Below are positions 39,151-49,725 of a stretch of 64,000 nt of DNA, one piece after another. Source of the DNA: Carcharhinus longimanus. Taxonomy: Eukaryota. The notes beneath the pieces were generated by a model. That model did not search any database. It was not told where the DNA came from and saw nothing but the letters and a program-made list of their open reading frames with translations. Position 1 is the first letter of the stretch. Each line of letters begins with the position of its first letter. Where the stretch lies: contig JASCQW010000099.1 of NCBI GenBank assembly GCA_030264375.1, positions 53,511,400 to 53,575,399 of the forward strand, given 5' to 3'. A program made the translations under genes and the position numbers.

Positions 39151-41629
39151 TTTGCCTATTTTCACTCTCTCCCCATAAGTAGTACTTTTAGTGTAGTTCT
39201 CTGGTCATTTCCCCGATTCAATCCTCACTTGAAATTTTATACCTATTTCCAGATCAGATAGCATCTTTTAATATCTCTCTTCGGAAAATGGAGAAGTCAG
39301 TTGCATAACACACACAAAATGAACAAAGAGATAATTATGGTAGTGGGATTATATACTATGCAAAACTCTTTATCTCCTCTTATGTAATACTTGGGTGGCG
39401 TAACCTTGCTGAATAAAGAAAATCAGACTCTGTTTGCTCCTCATCATGCCTATAGAAATTAGCAGATTTGGCGGAAGATCTTATGTTTAATCATTCTGTT
39501 CATGAAACATTCTCGTATCAGTTATTATTTCCACATTTTTTCGTATATGCCATTCTCTTATTTTTGTTCTGTAGAATCCCAGTTCACTCTTCAACACTGA
39601 ACTTGTCCCATGTCTGAAAAACTGCATTGAGGTTTCTCCAAAAGTACTTTCAAAGTTGTGTCAAAATGCAATTTTGTCTGAAGAACTGGGCGCACAAAAT
39701 TAGGGCATAATGTATCTGGTTGATTTTATTTAAACATTTTAGTTTGAAACTTGATTAACATTTTCAATTCTTCAAATTATTTTGCAAATATGTGTGCGAA
39801 CTTGTTTCTATGACTAAAATGACATAATATCCATGTTTAACAATGTATATTGTAAGGCTGATAAGGAGACCTCGTATTTAGATTCAACTACTTGTAATCA
39901 TGAATACATTACAATTGAAATGGACTTTGGACTGATGGCTAAGGTTTTAGTTTGTATGCTTTTTTTTACATAAAGTGATATAACAATGTTATGAAAGACT
40001 TTTCTTTGTTAGTTGTTGATATAACCAGGTATCTTTTCGCCAAGGCATTATTACTGAACAGAAGCTAATCTTAATACCTGAAGGAAGGCATATATAGGAT
40101 CTGTAAATTAATTTGCACACTTAAGCATCTTGTTCTTGTATTTTTACTTTGCATGCTCTACAAGTGATAAAGTCTGCTTACTCAAAAAAGTGAACATTAT
40201 TTGCCAAAGGATAAAAGTCCTACCATCAGAATATATAATAAGTTGTCACCTTGGAGCTCAATTAGCACTCATGTAAAAACCAGGCGTGTAAGGAGGAATG
40301 AGGTGCTGACATTATCTCTGCCAGCTAGATAATTACACCACCTTCATTTAGCAGTAGGGCAACACTACTGTAGCAACAAATTAACTCAAGCCCATTTGCA
40401 ATTCATGGTGTGCTTCCTCATTTAATGCCATTTGTCTTACCCCAAGTGAACAATTTTCATTTTTTTTGCTCCAGAAATGTAATAGCTCAGTTTGACTCCG
40501 AACATTACATCATCACCATCTTCCAGCTTCACTGTAAAACACATTCCAGTACAATTAGATAACTTATTCCTGCTTCCTTTAAATGGAAAGTGATGGCGCA
40601 TTATCAGCCCCATCATGCTGAACCCTTATCCGCCAGATGTCCTCTCCTCTCACCCTCTGGCTATTCTTTGTGTGAAAGAGATTAGTGCAATAGCACACTG
40701 TTTCACTGTATTAGTCGGCCTGCTCTATTTGCAGAGCCCTTTGTTGATACAAACTATGGAAAGTTGCATTTGAAGCAATAAACAATCTTTGTCAGCTAAA
40801 AGGGCATTGCAACAATATTCAGAACCTGGGTTTTCAATGAGGCACTGAATGCAGAGACTAATGAAGTGGCTGAAAAATACTGTTTTTGAAAAGACAGGCT
40901 CTGTTGAAATCTCTACCCTTTTGCTGGATTTGAAAAGAAACTCATGAATGCTCGGTTGAAAGTCACCCTTATCTTACGAGACTAGATGACCTGTGATAAT
41001 CCTTCAGCCACTTTGAGATGGCATTTGCTTTTGCTCATTACACTTACACAAAAATAATCACAGATTTATTGGTAAGTTTTTTGCGATTTTTTGCAAATTT
41101 AATTAAACCAAATGACAGATGAAATAGATGAAAGAACATATTGCCTTATCAAGCTTTATTTTACTGGAATAAATAGCACAATATTAAAGAAGTGTTAAGG
41201 AAAAAATGTGGGCAGTTTTATGGGGGAACCACCAAACATACAATCTGTAGGTAAAGTGAAAAGCCACTTAAACTTATGCAGGGCTTCTATACTATTATTT
41301 TAGTATTACTTGTAAAGTAGTTGACCCGGGAGGTCAACTGTTACACCTATCTGTAAAGCTCACTCCAATCAAGGCAGAAAATACACACCAGTTTACCAGT
41401 AATCACATTTTTTTCACTTCTATGGGTTTGGTAAGCTGTTAAGGAGGACTTCTTATGATCAACGATGCAAGGTAGTTGACACAACAAATTATATTCAAAC
41501 CAGAAGTATTGTAACACCAAAAATTATATACAGTTATTTATTTACAATAAAGGATCTTCACTAAAATGCAGTTGGTTGACGTTAAACTTGAAAATGTTTC
41601 TATCAATCTATAATCAATATCCAACTCCG

Positions 41630-42238
41630 TAACATCACGTGAATCAACCCGTGCCTCAGCTCTTGTTCTGCTGAAACCCTCATCCTTTCCTTGGTTAGCT
41701 TTGGACTTCACAACTTCAACACACTCCTGGCTAGCCTCCCATCTTACACTTAATAAACTGGAACCCATCTAAAACTCTGCTGCCCCTATCCTAACTCTCA
41801 CCACGTCCCATTCACCCATCAACCTTTGCTTGCTGACTGACAGTGGCTTCAGGTTGAGCAACACCTCCATTTTAAAATTCCCATTTAGTTTTCAAATTCC
41901 TCTTCCCTTCCCATCTTGTAACCTCCTCCAGCCCTTCAATCCCCTTGGTGCTCCTCCAATTCTGGCCTCTTGCACATACCAGATTTTAAATCACTCCATC
42001 ATTGGTAAGTGTGCCATCAGTTGCCAAGGTCCGAAGAACTAAAATTTCCTTCCTGAACATCTCAACCTCTTTACCTCTCTTTCTTCTTTTATGATGCTCC
42101 TTCAAAATCTACTTCTTTGACTAAACCCTTTGGTTATCTGCCTTAATATCTTCTGAAGAGGCATAGTGCCAAATTGAGCACTCCTGTGAAGGATGTTTGG
42201 ACATTAAAGGCCCTTTTTAAATGCAAGTTGTTGTTGTA
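41630..42238 (+). mobile_element. L2 LINE 3' portion
   Basis: gctgaaaccctcatcctttcc...ctcctggctagcctccca...aactctgctgcc (AETLI..LLAGLP..NSAA motif); tail aaatgcaagttgttgttgt. Confidence 0.88.
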
Positions 42239-42999
42239 AGGAGCAACTAAAATTTCCCTGTTAATTTAGATCAACTTGCCAGGAGATAACTCTCTGGATT
42301 TGGCAGTGAAAATTTAAGTGTAATAACTACTATTCAGCACATAATGGTCTCACTGCTGACATAATTTTTTAAATGTTGGTCTAAAAGTACTAGGTATATT
42401 CCAAACATAAAATAACAAACAGCCATATTCTGGCTACTGGTAAAATCATATAAGAATGATCTCTTTCCAATAATACCAAACATCACAAAAGAGCTGGGAA
42501 ACAACTACTGAAGTCAAATGTCTGTGAAATTGTTGCCCAAATGTCTGCCATTGTTGCTTTTGTCAGTCCATGGACATTTGAGTCAAGTTTTCAGCATGTT
42601 GAAGGAATAGGCACAACAACTGACTATCAATAAAGGAGATCTGAGATGCTGTTCTGTGAGAAATTATAGGCTTCAAAGAATTAAATAATCAAACCATTAG
42701 ACTTTCATGCTATTAACAGAAATCAGTCTATACTGTTCTCAAAGTCCAAGTCAAATCAGCAATTCCTATGCTAACCTGCGATGGCTGGCTGAAAAACAAT
42801 TGAGCTGCTAGGATACTTGTAAATATTTCATATTCTCCCAATTTGCACTTGATACAGAATTCAATTATAATTTTCTGAAGGAAAGAGCTTATGCTGCGCA
42901 TATTTCAATATCACAACAGACAGAAATCTCCATAATCTCACACTGTTAATGCCATACATCTATTCAAAAATTAAAGATTCTTTATTGTGTACTGATAGG

Positions 43000-43250
43000 A
43001 CATCATACAACATAAGAAACAGGAGCAGCAGTAAGCCATGCAGCCCGTCAAGCTTGCTCTATCATTCAGTATGGTCACGACTGATCTCCAATTCAACTCC
43101 ACATTCCTGCCCACTCCCTATATCTCTTAATTCTCTGAGAGCACAACATCTCTCGATCTCAACTTTAACAAATTCAACTATAGAGGATCCACAGCCCAAT
43201 GGAACACAGAATTTCAAAGATTCACAGTCCTTTAAGTGAAGGAATTTCGT
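43000..43250 (-). mobile_element. CR1 LINE 3' end
   Basis: catacaacataagaaacaggagcagcagtaagccatgcagccc tail. Confidence 0.8.
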
Positions 43251-43330
43251 TTTTTTTTATTCATTCATAGAGTGAGGGTTAGGCCAACATTTTTTGCCAA
43301 ACCCTAATTTCCTTCGAGAAGCTGATGGTG
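43251..43330 (-). mobile_element. 3' tail of the second LINE family
   Basis: Reverse complement resembles the tail at 19805-19885. Confidence 0.55.
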
Positions 43331-45334
43331 TGCTTCCACTATTCCTGCTGTTAAAAATAACGGATTTTCTTTCCATGTGGGAAATCAGCATAAGATTTGT
43401 TGTGAGAGAATCCACTCTGCCCCAATTGTCTTCTCTGATCCTGGTCGATTGGATAATTAAGTATTTTAAGTGGCTCAAGGCAGGATTCTGTTCAATGGCC
43501 CATCTTGGGAAGGGCTGGGATAAAGGAAATGAAACTGCTTTAGTGGGTCTGCTGCAGCATTATTGGAGTAGCTGAACAGATGCTTTTAATCTTAGTAAAG
43601 ACTGAAAAAAACACAAGTATGATAGAATGAAGTTAATAAATCTGCAAGAATTCAAATTTCTTTGAGGTCATGAAAATTTATATTTTCACACCCCACACTA
43701 GTCAGGAATATTTGCTGTTTGTACAGTCCAACTTGACTAAGTGGCAAATTACCAGACTCCTCTTTCTTCAGATCATGCAGGATGGTTAACACCTGCAAAA
43801 GGCATTGCTCAGTTCACAGCTTTCCCTATATGCATGCACCATGAGGCAGCAAACCTGACCTTAGCAACTGAGGAAGGGCTCCAGTTAGCTGGTCATTGTC
43901 CTTTTGATGCTACCTGCACTTAATCATATTTACTTCTACTTAGTGCTTTTGGCACTCTTCTGAACTTGTGAACTTCCCCATAACGGATGTATTTGGTGTC
44001 TGCACACTGTGCAGTGAGCTGCTAGTTTGATGTTATGAGTTAAACCACCTTGGTCGACCAGAGATATGATATAAAGTATGAAAAAAGGTTGTCCAGTGAT
44101 GAGGAGATGAGTAATTGGATCGATGTTCTCTTGTGGTAGACTCCAAGAATACCAGCAAAGAACTGAATATTTAACCAGTGTCATTGTTATTTTAAATTTG
44201 TCATTTTATTCCACGCTGTACTTTGTTTTGCAGTTTTATGTTGTAAGCAATCAAACAGAATTAGAAAGTAAAGGATAATACGAGCCTCAAATTTTAGGAA
44301 AACCAGGATCTCCTCATTTCTCATTTTCCTTGACTCGATTTTGAAGGCTATCAGGCATTGAGTCAAGAGCTAGTAATTAGGATGTTCTCCCAATACCACC
44401 ACACTTGATAAACCTTTGCTCTAGTCTGCTTTGTGTGGCCCCTTTTTCTTTCAAAGTATATAAAAGGTATAGATTTTGGAACAGCATATGCAATACTCAA
44501 GTCTGCATGTTATCTTGCACAAACCAATGAAAATTCTGTTTGTGAATGCAGAACACTTTACGGAGGCATAAATGTAAGATTTGTGTATGATTTTATAAGC
44601 ATATTTCAAAAACAACTGCACACCAACAAATGACATTAATATTTGAAGTAAAAAACAGAGAATACAAAAAAATCGTCTTGATATTTAAACCACATTTCTC
44701 AAAATACTANNNNNNNNNNCCAACAAATGACATGAATATGTGAAAAAGCTGAAAGGTTGCAAAAGTGCTTTGCATTCTACTGGAGTGAGACCTATGGCCA
44801 TATACTTTGAGTTGGTGAAATGTATACTTTTACCTTGACAATCTTTTAGAGGTCTAAAATACATTTTCCTCATTATGAGCATGGAAGACTAAATTCATTT
44901 GTTCAGCCACATCTATTCAGGTATTTTAGACACCGCCTGTTAGAATAATTCCACTCAGTTTCTACGAGAGCAACCTTCATTTGCTGAATACTGCTTCTGA
45001 ACTGAACTATCCTGTTTCTCTCTTCTGTCCAATACTGTTGACAAACCCAACTCATGATTTGCTCCCGTTTTACTTCAAATTAAGCAGCATCCCTTTTAAG
45101 AGTTATTTCACTATTTACCCTTCTTGAAAGGTCAGCTAACCTGGCAGGGAGCATATTCAAGCTATTTGACAGTGTATTGGGAGCAGAATTTGCAACGTAA
45201 AATTTATTTTCTTTTTCTCAAATCTTGATTTGTACAACCAGTTTATTACTGTTTGTTTCACTCGTAGTGAATGTTCACAAATTGATCTGAACTCTTCAAT
45301 TCCAGGGGGGAGGGGAAGATTAAATAGCATAATA

Positions 45335-46750
45335 TTTAGAAATACAGAAAATATTCAACTCATTGTGTCTATGCTGGCTAGAAAAGAGTTACCTAACCTA
45401 AGTCCACTTTCCAGCTCTTCATCTTTGGCCCTGTAGATTATGCATACTTGAAAAAAAGTTGCTAAGAGGGTTTCTGCCTCTACTGTCCATTCAGACAGTG
45501 AGTTCCACACCTCTACCACTCTTTAGGTGAAAGCATTTCTCAATTTCCTCATAATATTCTATCAATTATTTTAAATATATTCTCCTACTTACTGACTTTT
45601 TCCTATCCACTCTATGCGAGCCCCATATAATTTCATACATCTTAATTAAATCTCCCCTGAGCTTCCTTTGTTCCAAAGAAAACAACTCCAGTCTATTCAG
45701 TGCAGGCAACATCTTCGCAAAGCTACAGTGTACCCTCTCTCCTTCCAATTATGCAGAGATTGTACACGGTTGTGGCCTAACTTGTGTTTTCTACAGCTCG
45801 AGCCCAACTTCTCTGTGGTTATATTCTATAGCCCAGCTTCTAAGTAAAATATCCCATAGGCCTTCTTAACTACTTTATCTACCAGCTCTGGAACCTTCAG
45901 GGATCTGTGGACTTGAAATCGCAAGATCCCTCTGTTCCTCCACACTTCTCAGTATTCTATCATTTGCTGTAGGTTGCCTTGTTTGTTCTTCCCAAATGCA
46001 TTATCTCATACTTCTCCAAACTGAATTTCATGTCACTTTTTTTCACCTGATCAGTCCATTACGCTTTCTTCCACACTATCAAGCATTTTTTCTATCTGCA
46101 AACTTCTTAGTCATTTGATTCTATTGACACCTATTGCAAAAAAAGACCTAGTGTTGAGCCCTGTGGAACTACACTAATCACAGCATTCTGGTGAGAAAAA
46201 CACCCACTGTTACTCTTTGCTTCCTGCCACTGAACCAATTTTGGGTCCGATTTGCTATTTTTCCTTGGGTCCAAGGGGCTTTTGCTTTTCTGGTCAATTT
46301 GTCATGTTGTACCTTATCAAAAGCCTTGGTAAAATCCATGTGAACTACATGAAACACAGGATCCTCATTGACCTTCCTTGCTATTTTTTCAAAAATTCAA
46401 TCAAATTAGTCAGACATGACCTTCCTTTAATAATTCCATGCTGACTGCCCTCGATTAATTCTTGCCTCACCAAATGATGATTTGTATTGTCCCTTAGAAT
46501 GTTTCCAATTATTCGCCTGCCGCTGAGGTTAGGCTGGAGTGGCCTGTAATTACTCAGTCTATCCCATCCTCCCTCTTTAAGCACTGGTAAAGTGTTAACA
46601 GTCTTTCAGTCTTCCAGCATCACACCTGTAGCTAGAGGAGATGGTAAAATGATGATCATTGATTCTGTTCTTTATTTCCTCACATTGCATATCAACCTGG
46701 GATAAATTACATCCAGGCTTGGCAATTTATCTATTTTCAATGAAGTTAAA
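45335..46750 (-). mobile_element. CR1 LINE, RT plus 3' end, decayed
   Basis: ORF track NYRPL..., QHGIIKGRSCLTNLIEFL, LNRLELFSLEQRKLRGDLI. Confidence 0.9.
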
Positions 46751-46767
46751 TCCCTAATATTTTATGC

Positions 46768-47040
46768 CAGGCAAGGTCCATCTCTAAAGTGAGAATCCAA
46801 ACATCTCCCCTTGACATTAATTGGCATCATCATTGCTGAACCCACCACCACCCCCCCCACCACCACCACCCCACTAGCAACATCCATTGTTATCATTGAC
46901 CAGAAACTGCACTGAATTGGCCATAGGAATACAGAAGCTACAAGAACAAGAATTTGGATAGTAACTCACCTCTCAATGCCCCGCAACCTGTCCAAGGCCC
47001 AAGTCAAGAATATTGTAAAATACTCTACTTGCCTGGATAA
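46768..47040 (+). mobile_element. Fragment of the second LINE family containing a (CCA)n expansion
   Basis: catctccccttgacatt...cattgaccagaaactg matches 19220-19310. Confidence 0.7.
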
Positions 47041-47669
47041 CTGTTATCTCCTACCATGTTTATATTATTTTACCAGCTTTCTGATATTGTATACTTACAT
47101 TTTAAAAAGAATGGAGCACATAGCAACATGGCAGCCATAGTGTATCAAGTCTGATGTGGGTACTAGGGTTTAGCAGGCAGAGGCCAGGTGTGAGTAGTAA
47201 GGGGTCATTTAGGACTTTTTGTAACATCTACGGTTAAGGGCTAAATGAAAGATGGAGGTAAATGGGGGAAGGTGGGGCTTAGGCCCAAGGAATTCCTTGG
47301 GTCCAGGGAATTCTAGCCTATCACTAGTGAACTGACAGGAGGATGACAGGAACATGGCTTGAGGTGTATTTGAGCTTCTTGATGGCTGGTTTTCCTGTTG
47401 ATGATATGAAGAATCTGGAGTCATGACCGTGCCGCTAATACCAGAATTTCTGAAAAGCACTGTGGTACGAGGAGATGGAAAATATGGAAATTTGGGTGGA
47501 AACGAAGCAATGGTGTATCGGGGGCAAGTTGACCAACTCTTAAGAAATAAAATAAAGAACACTCTACCACTGGGATCAAGATAAAGATGATCAAGACAAT
47601 TGACGCGGTTTCAACATGAGAGGGGATGAGGCGGGAGTCTTGTGACCACAACAGAAGTGGGGGGGATAT

Positions 47670-47703
47670 CATCTGATGAAGGGCAGCAGTCCGAAAGCTC
47701 ATG
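47670..47703 (+). ncRNA. Minimal type I hammerhead ribozyme motif (Penelope-associated)
   Basis: CAU-CUGAUGA-A-GGGC-AGCA-GUCC-GAAA-GC-UC-AUG: intact core, 4-bp stem II, palindromic AGCU stem III, 3-bp stem I. Confidence 0.65.
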
Positions 47704-47747
47704 CTACCAAATAAACCTGTTGGTCTTTAACCTGGTGTTGTGAGACT
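47670..47747 (+). mobile_element. Penelope-derived short repeat (runs into gap)
   Basis: ctaccaaataaacctgttggtctttaacctggtgttgtgagact shared with 36667-36710 and the reverse complement of 6990-7030. Confidence 0.75.
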
Positions 47748-47969
47748 NNNNNNNNNNNNNNNNNNNNNNNNNNNNNNNNNNNNNNNNNNNNNNNNNNNNN
47801 NNNNNNNNNNNNNNNNNNNNNNNNNNNNNNNNNNNNNNNNNNNNNNNNNNNNNNNNNNNNNNNNNNNNNNNCCTCCTCAACTCCGTTCTAAACTGTCCCC
47901 CCCTTATCTTGATACTATTTCATTGGAAAAAATGTCTCTTATAAGAATCATCCATTTAGTTGATGCTAT

Positions 47970-49370
47970 TTTTACGTACATCCAATGTCAGCATTCCTAA
48001 CTTTTTGAAGTGTAGCTTTTCACTTTAAGAAATTGAATTTTAAATATAAGCTGAGTGGGAAAAAAGTACCGGCAAACATCTAGACGTTGGCAAACCACAC
48101 ATATAAGATAATTATAATTCAAAAGGTAACTGGATAAAGTCAGAGTAAAAAAGGTGAGAATCATGAAATGTCAGGTAGGCTTGCTTAGCTAAAGAATTGG
48201 AGACAGTGGGCAGGGTTTTCCAACGATGCTTGCCCCAAAACTGGGAAATCCCGCCCGAGGTTAATGGACCTTTGCATGGTTCCGTCCCACCCGATAAGAT
48301 CCCTATGGTGGGAGGGACAGAGAAATTCCACTCAGTATGTCTGCAGTTACCCCAGTAAAAGATAGAAAAAGATAGAAATGATTAATACGGTTTCCAATAA
48401 TTAAGAAAGCTTTGGAATTAATAGGTGGTTAATTTTCATTCCTACTTGGGAATAGGTAGTGTGTGTTCCAATATATTGAGATGGGTGGAGCTTAGTGAGA
48501 ATCTTAGTTTTGAGCTTATCTCTGTAAATTCTGTTAGTGCATAGCCAGCAGACAAGACTGAATAATGTTTGGGAAATCAGTCAAGAAACTGTGCCAACTT
48601 TGGGTCTTATTGTACATTGTAGCTTCTTGGAAGTTGAGAGATAAAGCCAGGCCTTCACTGGAATAAATGTTGTATCTATTGTTCATGATACAGCCTGCAG
48701 TTAGGACCTGAGCTTCAGTAAAAAAACGCTGGAAAAGGGAAAAACGATTAGAATATTTAACTAAAGGAAGAAATCTCCAGTAATCCTCAATAATAGGCAG
48801 TCAAACTTGTTGAAGTTGGAGTTCTGGAAATGATCAGCTTGGTTGCAGTTTGAAATCATAGCACAGGGCTGTTGAAAACCAAGAGTGTTTTTGGATGTTT
48901 TAAACTACTGTGCAGGCATCAAAGGAAACCAAGCTTCACAATCTAGAATCATGAGGTCAGTAAAGAAGTTGGAGGGTCTAAAGCTAATGAAGGAACCTTC
49001 ATGAAATTTTGTACCATGGAGAATAGCTGGAATATTGAAAATAAATAAGAGAGAATTCAGAGAGCAGTGATATGCCTTTTGAATTAGTGCCATGAAAATG
49101 ATTTAGCCTTAAAGATTTCTTAAGACAAAGAAACTCTGGGGGAGGGGGTGGGGGGGGGTGCGTTGCAGAAAGAGAAATTAGAATTGAGTTCATAGTTATT
49201 TATTTTATAAACTGTGGCATCAAAAGTATTTTGTTTAATTATTTGTGGTATACAATAAAGTTTGTTTTTGATTAAAAAACATGAAATCTGGTTATCTATT
49301 TTTATCTATTAGTTGTTGGGTGTTTGGATTTCTTCTTTAAATGTTAATGGTCCTCAACAGGATTGTAACA
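47970..49370 (+). mobile_element. Probable solo LTR (Gypsy-like)
   Basis: Ends ...ggattgtaaca; aataaa near 49254; ctat on both flanks (47966-69, 49371-74) if the 5' TG has mutated (ttttacg vs tgttaca). Confidence 0.5.
48208..48333. mobile_element. Harbinger-type MITE, 126 bp
   Basis: Ends gggcagggttttcc / agaaattccactc; 3-bp TSD agt at 48205-07 and 48334-36. Confidence 0.75.
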
Positions 49371-49436
49371 CTATCCCATTCTGATCCAAATTGAGCAGGT
49401 TCATTTTTATAGGCTATTCAAGATCTGTCAAGGAGA

Positions 49437-49725
49437 TTTTTTTTTTAAACTTTATTCCAATCCAATCAAGACAAATTAAACCCAATTCAGAGTCCCAACA
49501 AGTTGGGACATTCCCGATCCAAGCTGACAAGACAGGGCTCTCACCTCCNNNNNNNNNNNNNNNNNNNNNNNNNNNNNNNNNNNNNNNNNNNNNNNNNNNN
49601 NNNNNNNNNNNNNNNNNNNNNNNNNNNNNNNNNNNNNNNNNNNNNNNNCTGAAATGTAACCTAATGACTTCAACCAAGTGCAGCATGTCGATACTACACT
49701 TGATCTTAGCCAAAAGGCCGAGAAG
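49437..49725 (-). mobile_element. U2 snRNA-headed poly(A) retroelement (Tx1/Keno-like or SINEU-like)
   Basis: U2 5' fragment, then non-U2 body, a 100-N gap, a hairpin, AATAAA and A10 on the minus strand. Confidence 0.7.
49690..49725 (-). pseudogene. U2 snRNA 5' fragment (nt 5-40)
   Basis: Reverse complement CTTCTCGGCCTTTTGGCTAAGATCAAGTGTAGTATC is identical to vertebrate U2 nt 5-40, including the branch-point recognition sequence GUAGUA. Confidence 0.95.

Larger units (their letters stand above)
3848..49648. other. Nine assembly gaps: 3848-3947, 9969-10132, 10451-10518, 14692-14791, 33099-33134, 36490-36657, 44710-44719, 47748-47871, 49549-49648
   Basis: N runs; three are exactly 100 N (the convention for unknown size); several fall inside repeats or next to G/C tracts. 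Confidence 0.95.

Noticed and set aside
49690-49725. Functional U2 snRNA gene
   Set aside because: Only nt 5-40 are present; no Sm site or 3' domain on either side of the gap
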